NCBI GenBank assembly: GCA_040182905.1 | Contig: JARQWU010000037.1 | Coordinates: forward strand, 1 to 55,027 | Reading direction: 5' to 3' | Origin: Barthelona sp. PAP020 | Taxonomy: Eukaryota | DNA length: 55,027 bases | Shown: positions 9,767 to 20,416 of the stretch, in pieces | How positions within the stretch are numbered: position 1 is the stretch's first letter | How the letters are laid out: every line of letters starts with the position of its first letter | Position numbers and translations under genes: made by a program | The notes under the pieces: generated by a model | What the model was told of the DNA's origin: nothing | The model's database searches: none | The model's input: only the letters and a program-made list of their open reading frames with translations

Positions 9767-11515
9767 ATGTCTTGTGAACCTTTATTCCGTTTAGCTGGTG
9801 CACCAAATACCGAGCGTGGTTTTCCTGCACACCTTGATTGCCACCCAAACGAAGAAAAAATAGTTTATGGAAGTGGGAACAATGTTTTTGTTCGTAATTA
9901 TGATTCAACTATTTGTATGATGTACAATAAACATGCTGCAAAAGTGAACAGTGCCAAATTTAATGAGAATGGAGCTTATGTTTTATCTGGAGACAATAGT
10001 GGTCATGTACATTTATGGGGACCATACAATCAATTACCAACAGAAATGAGTTGTCAACCAGGAACTAGTTCTGTTTCTGAGGTTGCTATTGGTATGAAGA
10101 ACAAGTTTGGTGTTGCTTCAAGAACTATCTCTGGTGGTATTACTGCTCATCATGATAAAGGTAATTTTTCTGGGGAAATTATTGGTAATACTGGTATTCC
10201 TAGATGTGTTGATATGACAAAGGGAAGACCTCCACGTATTGTTTCTGGTGATGATTCTGGTCGTATTGTATTGGCAAAAGGATTACCATTTGCCTTTGAA
10301 AAATCAGTTAATGTACACACAAAACCCGTAAATTTGGTAAGATTTGCTGAAGATCGCAAAAGTATTTTAACTTTAGGTTCTGATGGAAAAGCAACCATAT
10401 TGTCTGTGCCTGATCTTGAAATTATTGTTGAAAAACAAATTTGTAAGGGTTCATTATATTCAGGATGTTTCTACAACGATAAAATAATTGTTGGTGGTTT
10501 AGATAAAGTTTTGAGGGTTCTTGATTTAGAATTGAACATTTTAGGTGAAGTTTCTTTGAGCTCAAGAAGAGATCATATTATTTCAGGAATTACGATGCAT
10601 GGAACTGATATTATCGTCAACACATTGTCTAAAGATTTGTTCATCATCGATTTTGATGAATTATTGATTAAACGAGTCTTGTATGGTCATGGAAAGGAAG
10701 TTATTTGTTTAAGTAAAGTTGATGATAGCCGCCTTCTTTCTATGAGTGGTGACTATGTTTTGCTGTTATCTGAAGTTAAGGATAATGAAATTAAACCATT
10801 GAAACGGTATTTTACACCATCTTTGGATGTCAGTTTCTCTTCAATGTATTTTAGGAATGGTTTTGTTTATGCAGGTACAAAAACTGGTGGTGTCTACATA
10901 TTTGACATTAATTCAGATGAAATTGGTGAACCTATTGAAATTGGTGCTGAAATTAGAGATATTGTTACTACCGATGCTTATTGCATATTGTGTACTGGTT
11001 TGGGCGTATTCACTTTAAATTTAGAGATAAAAGAAGTTAAAAAAACCACTATTAAGGGTATTTCTTGTACTTTACATGCTAATAGCAATATTTATTTTGC
11101 TCATGATAACGTTGTTCAAGAATTTGAATTTGTTCATGGTGATTTTGCCCCTTTAGAAGAAATTACTTTTGAAAATGCCATCAATAAGATTAGAATTTCA
11201 CCATTTGGCACCAAATTAGGTGTTGTAGGTTATGATCGTATGGTTGCTGTGTATCATTTTGATACGAAAACAATTCAAAATCGTGCTTTTGGTTTTCATA
11301 TTTCTCAAGTTTTGAATCTTGATTGGTTTGAAGACAATAATCGTTTTATTACTTCTGGTTTCAATGGCAAAGTGTTTGTTTGGAATTGTGAAGAAGATTC
11401 AAAAAGAATAGAGATTGCCGCACATTCTGGTTCAGCTAATGATTGTTTAGTTTTTAACAATACTGTTATATCTGGTGGTTTTGATAATTCAATTCGTTTG
11501 TTTGGGTGTAATTGA
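9767..11515 (+). CDS. WDR1: Actin-interacting protein 1 (WD40 double propeller)
   Basis: N-terminal PNTERG motif, RPPRIVSGDD and GLPFAF (cf. RPFR..GSDD, GPPFKF of AIP1), WD40 repeats. Confidence 0.85.
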   Translation: MSCEPLFRLAGAPNTERGFPAHLDCHPNEEKIVYGSGNNVFVRNYDSTICMMYNKHAAKVNSAKFNENGAYVLSGDNSGHVHLWGPYNQLPTEMSCQPGTSSVSEVAIGMKNKFGVASRTISGGITAHHDKGNFSGEIIGNTGIPRCVDMTKGRPPRIVSGDDSGRIVLAKGLPFAFEKSVNVHTKPVNLVRFAEDRKSILTLGSDGKATILSVPDLEIIVEKQICKGSLYSGCFYNDKIIVGGLDKVLRVLDLELNILGEVSLSSRRDHIISGITMHGTDIIVNTLSKDLFIIDFDELLIKRVLYGHGKEVICLSKVDDSRLLSMSGDYVLLLSEVKDNEIKPLKRYFTPSLDVSFSSMYFRNGFVYAGTKTGGVYIFDINSDEIGEPIEIGAEIRDIVTTDAYCILCTGLGVFTLNLEIKEVKKTTIKGISCTLHANSNIYFAHDNVVQEFEFVHGDFAPLEEITFENAINKIRISPFGTKLGVVGYDRMVAVYHFDTKTIQNRAFGFHISQVLNLDWFEDNNRFITSGFNGKVFVWNCEEDSKRIEIAAHSGSANDCLVFNNTVISGGFDNSIRLFGCN

Positions 11516-11620
11516 GTATTTTCTTGTTTTTTGTTGTTTTCAAAAGTTAGTATATTCTTTTGTGTAAATCTTTGAGTTTGATTGTTTATTTATTTGTTTA
11601 TTTATTTGATTTTAAATTAA

Positions 11621-12622
11621 ATGAAGAAAAAAAAAGAGGAAAGTCATGTTTTGGTAACGGGTGCAAACGGTTTTGTTGGCACAAGAGTGATCAAATATTT
11701 GCATCAAAATAATGTTAACACTGCTATCTTTTGTAGAAAAACATCAAATTTATCATCAATATCTGATTACAAATGGAAAAAATTTGTGGGTGACATAAAT
11801 GACACAGACAGTTTAATAAGAGCTTCAAAAAATGCATATGCTGTCATTCATTTGGCTTGCCCATCAAGTTGGAGTGTTATTTCAGACAGAGAAAAAATCT
11901 TTGAGGTTGCTGTAAAAGGAACAAAATCGGTGTTAGAAGCAATTGTTCAAAATGGCAATAAAGCAAAATTGATCTTTGTTAGTACTTTAGCAGTTTATGG
12001 AGGGAGAAATCAACCTTTCAATTTTAAAGAGGAAGATGCAAATCAATTGCCAAATAATCAGTTGCATTATGCTCAAGCAAAATGGCAAACTGAGCAGTTA
12101 ATAAAGAAATATTCGAGAGAATGCAATTTATCCTTTGTCATAGTGAGACCTGGAGAAATATATGGAACCCCTGATTCAAACTTTATCACATCTTCCTCAG
12201 TAATTGATGCTTGTAGAGGAAAAATAGGACTTTCCACCGTTGGCGGTGTATCCATCACTCACGTTGATGATGTAGCCAAAACCATCGTTGATATCACAAT
12301 AAATAGTACAATAAGAAATCAAATTTATAATTTGGGGGGTGAAAATCTAACAATTGATCAATGGATAAGAATGATCCGAAGACAATATGGTAAAAATTTT
12401 CAACTATGCGTTCCTAGGTTTGCTTTCAAATTATATTTTTGGATGTGCAAAAAACTTAAAATAAAATATCCAATTGAAGAAGGACTATATCCTTATATTA
12501 CAAAATATTGGTGGTGTGATGACACAAAAGCACGTAAAGAATTAAATTATCAGACAAAACCAGCAGAAGAAATATGTCGAGAAGTGCTTGAATGGCTAAA
12601 AAGAGAAAGGATAATTCAATAA
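11621..12622 (+). CDS. Extended SDR NAD-dependent epimerase/dehydratase (dihydroflavonol-reductase/HpnA-like)
   Basis: VLVTGANGFVG, catalytic YAQAK, RPGEIYG, HVDDVA, KARKELNY. Confidence 0.85.
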   Translation: MKKKKEESHVLVTGANGFVGTRVIKYLHQNNVNTAIFCRKTSNLSSISDYKWKKFVGDINDTDSLIRASKNAYAVIHLACPSSWSVISDREKIFEVAVKGTKSVLEAIVQNGNKAKLIFVSTLAVYGGRNQPFNFKEEDANQLPNNQLHYAQAKWQTEQLIKKYSRECNLSFVIVRPGEIYGTPDSNFITSSSVIDACRGKIGLSTVGGVSITHVDDVAKTIVDITINSTIRNQIYNLGGENLTIDQWIRMIRRQYGKNFQLCVPRFAFKLYFWMCKKLKIKYPIEEGLYPYITKYWWCDDTKARKELNYQTKPAEEICREVLEWLKRERIIQ

Positions 12623-12667
12623 TTTTTTTTTCATTTAAGTTTTTATATTATCGATCAAACATCAATA

Positions 12668-13993
12668 ATGGATGAAGCTGTTGCGGAATTTGCGATGATA
12701 ACTCAAATTGAAGATAATGAAGGAATAAGACGATATATTGAACATTTTGGTGATGTCAACAATGCGCTTCAACATTATTTTGATTCCCCTGAATCATTTC
12801 AAATATTTTTAGATTCGAATGGTGATGTGAATGATCTTGAATTTAACGAACAACCATACTATTCAGGTTATTTAGAGAATAATTCTGAACAACCATTTGG
12901 CATTTATCAACAACAAGAAGAAGTACAACAATTGCAAGAACAACTACAACAAGATGAAGACGATGAAGAAGAAGAAGAACAACAACAAGAACAACAACAA
13001 GAACAATTATTGGAGCCAGCTTTTCAGGAACAACAAATGGAACAACAAGTGGAACATTTTAATGAATCTGTTGAAGAACAAGTTCAAATTTACGATGTGG
13101 TTGAACGAGAAAATGATAGTATAATGACAAGAATCTTGAAGTCCAATTTTCCAGAATTGATTTCCAAAACATATAAAATACCGGACTTTGTTGATATGAT
13201 GTATTCAGAAGCCATTACATTGGCCTTAAATCGGGGAAAATTATTACTAGTGTATTTGCATTCTAAGCACCATTATTTAACTGAAACGTTCATTCTTGAA
13301 GTCTTTTGTCAACCTGAATTTGCTGAATTTATTAATAACAACTTCATACTTATCGGATACGAGCATGATTCCGTGAATGGAATTGAATTGAAGGGTAAAT
13401 TTGGGATTGACATTTTCCCTTCGCTTACTTTTATCAATTCTGTTGATGGTGAAGTTATTACCAGTTTAACTGATCGTAAACTGATCAAAAAGAATCTTTT
13501 ACACAACCAAATTCAAGATTTGCTCAGCGATTCAAGTCTAATCAACAGCATCAACAATAACAATACTCAAAATGTGGCAACATCTGCTCAAATTATTTAT
13601 GAAGCCAATAATGCATATGATATTGCAGTTGCCAATGATTTAAGACGTTTAGAGGAAGCTAGACTAAGAGAAGAACAACAAAGAGATATAATACGAAGGG
13701 AACAAGCGTTTATTCAAGAATTGGCACTGTTACTGCCTCCAGAAGTAAATGAAACAGAACCTAATGTTAGAATTACTATTCACTTACCCAATAGCAGTAA
13801 AATTAACAGAAGATTTAGGCCATCAGAACCTATTTATCACGTCTTAGTTTTTTGTCATCTTGAATATGGGTTTAAAATTGATGAACATCTTGTTTGTGAA
13901 AATTTCCCAAGAAGAGAATTCGACAGGGAAATTTCTTTTGAAGAAGCAAATATTCGAAGAAGAGCTGCATTATATGTATTAAAAAGAGAATAA
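12668..13993 (+). CDS. UBA-like/UAS/UBX domain protein (FAF1/FAF2-like p97 adaptor)
   Basis: N-terminal UBA-like, Q/E-rich linker, UAS (LLLVYLHS), coiled coil, C-terminal UBX (RRF..., NFPRR). Confidence 0.85.
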   Translation: MDEAVAEFAMITQIEDNEGIRRYIEHFGDVNNALQHYFDSPESFQIFLDSNGDVNDLEFNEQPYYSGYLENNSEQPFGIYQQQEEVQQLQEQLQQDEDDEEEEEQQQEQQQEQLLEPAFQEQQMEQQVEHFNESVEEQVQIYDVVERENDSIMTRILKSNFPELISKTYKIPDFVDMMYSEAITLALNRGKLLLVYLHSKHHYLTETFILEVFCQPEFAEFINNNFILIGYEHDSVNGIELKGKFGIDIFPSLTFINSVDGEVITSLTDRKLIKKNLLHNQIQDLLSDSSLINSINNNNTQNVATSAQIIYEANNAYDIAVANDLRRLEEARLREEQQRDIIRREQAFIQELALLLPPEVNETEPNVRITIHLPNSSKINRRFRPSEPIYHVLVFCHLEYGFKIDEHLVCENFPRREFDREISFEEANIRRRAALYVLKRE

Positions 13994-14153
13994 GTTTTTT
14001 TTTCAATGTAAATTTTCCAATTTTCCTTGTTTTTTTAATATTTAATGATTAAAAAATGGATATTTGTTGATAAAATTGATATTGAAGTCAATAAAGAAAT
14101 GAAAGACTTGAAACAAACATAGATTAAAGTATTTTTTCACACTTTATATTATC

Positions 14154-14600
14154 ATGCAGATTTTTATTGGTTCAGACCACGCAGCTTTTGAGCTAAAGGA
14201 ACAAGTTAAACTCTATTTGGAAACGAAGAATATTACAGTCAAAGATTTTGGTGCTTTCAATGATCAATCAATTCCCGAAAACGATTATCCTGATATCGCT
14301 AAAAAATTATGTGATGAGCTACCAAATGATATTGATAATTTTAGAGGAATTGTATTGTGTGGATCTGGAATTGGTATTTCTATTGCTGCTAACAAGGTTC
14401 ATAATATTCGTGCAGCATTATGTCGTTCTATAAATGATGCTGAAATGTGTAGAAAGCACAATAATGCCAATGTTTTAGCATTAGGAGCAAGAGTTACTCC
14501 TTATGAAGAAGTTATTCGTATTATTGATACTTTTTTATCAACTGAATTTGAGGGTGGTAGACATGAAAGAAGAGTTGGAAAATTGGATGCTTTGTTATAA
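14154..14600 (+). CDS. rpiB: Ribose-5-phosphate isomerase B
   Basis: GSDHA, DYPD, CGSGIG, ANK, HNNANVL, FEGGRHERR. Confidence 0.95.
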   Translation: MQIFIGSDHAAFELKEQVKLYLETKNITVKDFGAFNDQSIPENDYPDIAKKLCDELPNDIDNFRGIVLCGSGIGISIAANKVHNIRAALCRSINDAEMCRKHNNANVLALGARVTPYEEVIRIIDTFLSTEFEGGRHERRVGKLDALL

Positions 14601-14626
14601 AAAAAGTGATTTTTTTTTGTATTTTA

Positions 14627-17600
14627 ATGTTTAAATATGTGTTGTTACTATGTATATTTTGGGCTTTAAATAATGTTTTATGCTATAAGGTTGTTAATTA
14701 TCAAATAATGTCTTCCGAAACTATTGTTTTTGAGGAGACAAATGTGTATAATATCAGTTTGTTGCCTTCTATTGTAGATGCAGTAAAATTTAAATTTAAT
14801 AAACCATTGACTGAAACCAAACAAATATCGTTTTTGAATAATGACAACATTGATTTTTTAATTAAAAATTGTAGCTCATCATCTGAACCTACAAAATGTT
14901 TAAAAACCAGTAATTATTTGATAATTCCAGCGGAAACTGAGACTTTTCGCTTATATTTTTTTAATGCGCGTGGAAACATTTTATTTTACCAAATAGATGG
15001 GATTTTTGAGAATAAGTTTGAGATTATTAATGAAGGGTTTGCTCTTGTTCCAAAGAAAGGCTCTGAGTTATCTGTCACCATCACGTTATACAATTCTACT
15101 CTCTATATTTATCAAAATTGTTTTAAGTTAAAGACTGATGAGTTATCCAATATAGTTGTTGGTGTTTATGAAGAAAGGTCGATGATTTTTTCCGATTTAG
15201 AAGCAAGAAAATACACTTTTGAATATCAGAATAATGATGCATGTATTAGTTCTGATGGTACCTTTTTAGCAATTATTGATTATTTGCCTGTTCGTGAAAC
15301 AGAATTATATTTAGATTTTGACGTCTATTTGACACCTCATTCATTTATTTTTTTGTTGACAAAAAGCGTTTTTCTGCGTTTTACACTTTTGAATGATCAA
15401 TATTCAATTATGAATTATACAGCACGTTGTTTAGATAGTAGTTTTGACAAGAATTCTGTTGATTCCATTAGTATCAGAGCTAATTTTATTCAACCTATTT
15501 TTTTCAATCATACAATCTGTTCTTTAGTGCTTTTTTATCAAAATCCTGAAGAAAAACAACATTTTCTTGGAGATTCACCTCCTTTTTTATCTTTTTCGAA
15601 TACCCTCATAAACTATTCAGTTGATATAAAGCATCCTTTGATGATGATCTTGCTGTATCCTACATCAATTAGTTCAATACGGCTAATTTTGGAGGATGGT
15701 GACGTTATGATTACAGAGCCTTTCTTCATTCCTTTTGTTTATAATTCAAATCTAAAGCTTGTTGCCATTGATACTGAAAGTAGCAAATCTAAATTTTGGA
15801 CGGGAAACATCACAAATGATTTTGATGCGTCATTGGTAAGAGTATTCAGCAATCTGGAAACAAGTTACATTCAAATTAATAATGATTCCTTTATCGACTT
15901 TACGAGAGAAATAGTCACAGAACCAAAAATTATTCCGGATTTGAAGGATGCAGGTAAAATTTTTACAAAACTTTTTCAAAAAATGAAATATTTTTTACCT
16001 GTTTCAGTTGAGGCTTTCGTAACTTTTAATGTAAGTGAAACAATTACTTATAGCGTGTCTATTTTTCATTTATTTCAAGACTCGTCATATAGGAATTATT
16101 TTGGTTGTGTACAGTTACTGACTGATACAAAAGCCTTTTCAAACATGGCTTGCTTTTTGAATGAGAGTTCAAATTTTTCTTTCAAGTTCAATTTTAAGGA
16201 TGATTCAGACATACAACAGTTGAAGATATTTGGTAATGCTAATATCCTTATTCAAATGATTTCTGAATCTAAGATTGCAATTGAGAGTGAAGGAGATAGT
16301 TTATCAAAGGATAAGGTTAGTTTAAGCATTGATAAGGGTATGTCTTGTGTTGATGAAAAGTTCATTTTACAAGACACTTTTATTGATGATCAGGACGATG
16401 ATTTAGAGTTGGCTATATTTAGTGAGACCAGAACACGAGTTATTTCTTCTGTTGAGTCTCTGGTATGGAGTAATCCTCCATTAAATATCCATTTAAATAT
16501 GTTCTCTAAGGATTCAGAAAATATGGTTATGATTTGGACTAAAGATTTTGATGTTTTGTTGGATTTTGAATTTTTGTATTCATCCATGCTTGCAGAAGAC
16601 AAAAAAATTGCTAAGCAAGGTCATGTAATTTATGTTCATGTTAACACTCCAAGTATTTTGAGTTTCAATTTTGAGCCCGGAAAATTTGAAGATTTGGAGC
16701 TTTCCCATCCATTAGAAATGAATTTTCAATTGTCAAAGATTCATTCTCATTCAACAATACACGTAGAACCTTATTATTCTTGGTATAACATGGAAAATGA
16801 AAGATTATGGGTAGATGTTAGCTATCCATATGTTAATAGTTACGAAACAGTCTTTATTGTTGAAATATTCAATCATACTGGTTCAATGTATTTAACTTAC
16901 GCTCTTCAAACAGATACTGATGCAGAAACAGTACTTGAAATCTTACCATATTCAATAGATAATAATAAAGCTCTTTTTTATATTGTTAATTGGGACAGAA
17001 TTGATGCTAATGAAAAGGGTACGGATGATCGATTCAGTACATTTGGATATTGGCATGAAGCTGGCACATTAACTTCATACAATGTTCGAACTATTGACAA
17101 GAAGAATGACAACTCATTTAACTGGGATCATATTGAATATTTGGAGACCTATGATCTTTTTCGTTTTCAATCAAGAAACATCATTGGTTTTGAAGCACAA
17201 AGGCATAGATTCGTTAAGAGTTCCGATTCTCCCATTCATTTGTATGAAGAAGAATTGTTTAATGAATTATGTGAGCGTTTAACAACGTTAGAAGGGGATG
17301 AAGAAGAAATATATGGTTGTTCAAAGATATTTATCCTTTTTGAATCCAGTGACCCAAATTTCTCCTTTGGTGAAGGTAAAAAATCAAGTAATGGTTCAGT
17401 AGTTTTGAGTGCTTTTGATAATCACATATCGATAAGTGGAAAAGCCAAGAGTATTGTTGTTTTTGTTGATCATAATCAAGTGGAAGAAATAAGTCTTGTG
17501 AATATGAAAGAAAAGTTAAGATGGTCTAAATATACTGGTAATCCTACCCGTGCTTTTCTTCAAAATTCTATGAGCAATGCAATAAAGATGAAGGAAATAA

Positions 17601-20218
17601 GACTGTCTTTAAATGGCAAGGGTATGCTAAAGGTTAATCAATTGCCTACTGAATCAATCAATTGCATATCTATGATTTTATATAGATATTCAAATTCTGA
17701 AGATAAGTATCCAAATTGGGTTATTTATCAGTTTGACATTGATGATGACGAAAATAAAGGTCTATATGGGTTTACTATACCTTTAGACACAGGAGAATAT
17801 GTTTTGGCGTGGAACGAGCAGAATTTGTATAATCTACTGATACTTTTTGAGATCTCGGAATTTTATTATTGTTCTGGAAACATCATTTACAATTCTTTTT
17901 GTAAAATGTACCCTAAAATCAATGCTGCTCATACAATTACATCACAGATGTATTATTTGAAACCTAATGACCTTATTAATATCAATAATACCCAACAACA
18001 CAATATTTTAATTGTTTCTTCTGGAACAGCCATGTTTTTTGTTGATATCATCGTTCAAGATGTTTGTAATCCAAAGTTCATATTGGATGATGTTGAACAC
18101 ACCATAACTAATTCCATGGATGTGTATCATCCAGGTTTTACAACTTATGAACAGTCAAAAATGAATATTCCTGAAAATAGCTGTATTTCAATGATCATAC
18201 TTCATTCTACGGACTTTAGTTATGATACAACGAACACAAATATTAAAGGTCTGGTATTTTGGACCTATACGTATCCTTATCAAGGATATTTGATCATATG
18301 TGCAATTACATCGATAGATGCATGTTTGGATGGGGACTTTTATCATCGTTTTATTAATTCTCAAGATATGATTGTTAAATTTGGTGTTGATGATTATTCT
18401 AAATCAGTTGACCTTATTTATGATAAGACAGAATACAGAATTGTGGCATTTTCAGATTCAACAGAGTACAATTATTATCATTTGCAAACTCATGAATATT
18501 TTGATTTTCTAATCGATATTGAGATTGATCACCAACAACAACAACAAAATACATATGTTTTTGGGATGGAAAGGTCTCTAATAAATGGTGAAATCGATGT
18601 CTTCAATGCTTATGATGATTCGTTGTTTTTCAATTTTACTGTTGATATGCATATTCAAGTTCCCTTTCACACTAAACATGCCAACGTGACCTTGATAAAA
18701 AGAGCTCAATCATTAATTATTGATGAAAGTTGTGAATTTTCTGCAACATTGTCAAGAAGCGGGAATTTTAATTTGAACTTTACTGCCTTGTCCAGAAATT
18801 TAGTGAAATTGACTTATCATACCGTTAAAGATGCCTTTTACAATCAATTTCCAAGTTTGAATCGTAATTTAGATCAGTTAGTGCTTATAGGTGAGAAAGA
18901 GAGTAATGACAAGAACTACCGTACCTTCAAGTACGATCTTTTTGGAGATTTTAACCTTACGACATATATCACACCAAAATATAATTATTCCTCGGGTATC
19001 TCTCTTTTTGGTTTTCCTGTCAATGTATTCTTCGAGGCAACAGACATTGATTTTAATGGTGTTCAATTATTGCCAAGCAATAAGGATATAATCAAAAGCT
19101 ATACTGTGTATAACGTGACAGTTAATGACTTAGCCATAAAATTCGAAGAAAATTTGGTTACTTTTTATCAATTGTTCAGTCTAGATAACATTCAGATCTT
19201 ATCACCTGAAAATCTAATTCATACATCAGTTTCCAACCGCAAATATATTTTTTCTTTGTCTAAAATGACTATTAAGGTGATAGAGAGTGAATTGAGCACT
19301 ATGCCTCAGTTCATATTTACACCCGTTGATGATAATGTGATTGAGTCTGTGGCTGTTAAATCAAATATGATATTTGAGACAAATTTATGGGTTTATTCAC
19401 CCAAAGTCACGTATCTCTATTCAAAAAAGAATTCCACTGTAATATTTGTAAATATAGGTCTCTGTCAGTTGAATTTTGTGGAATCTTTTCATTTTGATGA
19501 AATAGAGAATGATTTGTTTTTATTCAAGCCAACATCTTCTGAATTTTACACCAATTCATTTGATGAATACAAGGAACTGACTCAATGGACTAGAACTGTG
19601 GAAAAGTCCCCTCTTGTAATTGATCAAACAAATAGTCTTGATTTAGTTGTTAGATTGCGCTTTTCAAATCCAGCATCTGAAGCGCATTCTATCAAAATCA
19701 TGCTTCAATATTCTGAAGGTGAACACCAATCTGAGACTGAGATGAAGGGTTTGATTCAACAATTATTTAGTGGAGATTCGATCACATATTTGGTAACCAG
19801 AGAATCGATTGTTGCCAATAACTATGATAAAATTGTTGTATTGATCGATGACTCTAATTCAGTAACAATGTATTATCAATATATTTCATCTGTTGATTGG
19901 TTTCAAGATCAGATTTCACATTATTCATTGAATAAAGAAGATTTGATTGTTTGCAAATTTGAAATTCAAAGTACACTTTGCCATACTAAAGGCAAAGAAT
20001 TAACATACCCATATTTGCAATTTATTTTGGCGGTTATTCTCATCCTTGTTATTGTTGTAATCATCAGATTATTCGTGAAAAAACATGAAATGGAGAATGA
20101 ATTTGATGAAATTTCTAAGAATGAAATGCTTATTCTTATTGATGCAGAAGAAGTCACAACTTCTTCATTTTCTCAAAATTTTGAAGTAGAAGATGATAAT
20201 GATGTCTTTCTTCAATAG
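14627..20218 (+). CDS. Large type I membrane (cell-surface) protein of unknown function
   Basis: Signal-peptide-like N-terminus from ATG 14627, ~1800-aa ectodomain, single C-terminal TM helix, acidic tail. Confidence 0.85.
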   Translation: MFKYVLLLCIFWALNNVLCYKVVNYQIMSSETIVFEETNVYNISLLPSIVDAVKFKFNKPLTETKQISFLNNDNIDFLIKNCSSSSEPTKCLKTSNYLIIPAETETFRLYFFNARGNILFYQIDGIFENKFEIINEGFALVPKKGSELSVTITLYNSTLYIYQNCFKLKTDELSNIVVGVYEERSMIFSDLEARKYTFEYQNNDACISSDGTFLAIIDYLPVRETELYLDFDVYLTPHSFIFLLTKSVFLRFTLLNDQYSIMNYTARCLDSSFDKNSVDSISIRANFIQPIFFNHTICSLVLFYQNPEEKQHFLGDSPPFLSFSNTLINYSVDIKHPLMMILLYPTSISSIRLILEDGDVMITEPFFIPFVYNSNLKLVAIDTESSKSKFWTGNITNDFDASLVRVFSNLETSYIQINNDSFIDFTREIVTEPKIIPDLKDAGKIFTKLFQKMKYFLPVSVEAFVTFNVSETITYSVSIFHLFQDSSYRNYFGCVQLLTDTKAFSNMACFLNESSNFSFKFNFKDDSDIQQLKIFGNANILIQMISESKIAIESEGDSLSKDKVSLSIDKGMSCVDEKFILQDTFIDDQDDDLELAIFSETRTRVISSVESLVWSNPPLNIHLNMFSKDSENMVMIWTKDFDVLLDFEFLYSSMLAEDKKIAKQGHVIYVHVNTPSILSFNFEPGKFEDLELSHPLEMNFQLSKIHSHSTIHVEPYYSWYNMENERLWVDVSYPYVNSYETVFIVEIFNHTGSMYLTYALQTDTDAETVLEILPYSIDNNKALFYIVNWDRIDANEKGTDDRFSTFGYWHEAGTLTSYNVRTIDKKNDNSFNWDHIEYLETYDLFRFQSRNIIGFEAQRHRFVKSSDSPIHLYEEELFNELCERLTTLEGDEEEIYGCSKIFILFESSDPNFSFGEGKKSSNGSVVLSAFDNHISISGKAKSIVVFVDHNQVEEISLVNMKEKLRWSKYTGNPTRAFLQNSMSNAIKMKEIRLSLNGKGMLKVNQLPTESINCISMILYRYSNSEDKYPNWVIYQFDIDDDENKGLYGFTIPLDTGEYVLAWNEQNLYNLLILFEISEFYYCSGNIIYNSFCKMYPKINAAHTITSQMYYLKPNDLININNTQQHNILIVSSGTAMFFVDIIVQDVCNPKFILDDVEHTITNSMDVYHPGFTTYEQSKMNIPENSCISMIILHSTDFSYDTTNTNIKGLVFWTYTYPYQGYLIICAITSIDACLDGDFYHRFINSQDMIVKFGVDDYSKSVDLIYDKTEYRIVAFSDSTEYNYYHLQTHEYFDFLIDIEIDHQQQQQNTYVFGMERSLINGEIDVFNAYDDSLFFNFTVDMHIQVPFHTKHANVTLIKRAQSLIIDESCEFSATLSRSGNFNLNFTALSRNLVKLTYHTVKDAFYNQFPSLNRNLDQLVLIGEKESNDKNYRTFKYDLFGDFNLTTYITPKYNYSSGISLFGFPVNVFFEATDIDFNGVQLLPSNKDIIKSYTVYNVTVNDLAIKFEENLVTFYQLFSLDNIQILSPENLIHTSVSNRKYIFSLSKMTIKVIESELSTMPQFIFTPVDDNVIESVAVKSNMIFETNLWVYSPKVTYLYSKKNSTVIFVNIGLCQLNFVESFHFDEIENDLFLFKPTSSEFYTNSFDEYKELTQWTRTVEKSPLVIDQTNSLDLVVRLRFSNPASEAHSIKIMLQYSEGEHQSETEMKGLIQQLFSGDSITYLVTRESIVANNYDKIVVLIDDSNSVTMYYQYISSVDWFQDQISHYSLNKEDLIVCKFEIQSTLCHTKGKELTYPYLQFILAVILILVIVVIIRLFVKKHEMENEFDEISKNEMLILIDAEEVTTSSFSQNFEVEDDNDVFLQ

Positions 20219-20416
20219 TTTGTTACTCTTCTTTTGAATAATGTAAATAATGTTCCTTTTTATCTTTTGTTTCATTTTTTTGCATGTAAACACCCTTTAT
20301 ATGTGCATTGAAAAACTGTTCAATGTCAAACCATCACCCAAATACTTAAATTTCCTGATGTTTTGAAGTCATCATTGTTCAACTAATTCTAAAAAAGCAA
20401 AAAACATTTACAAATT

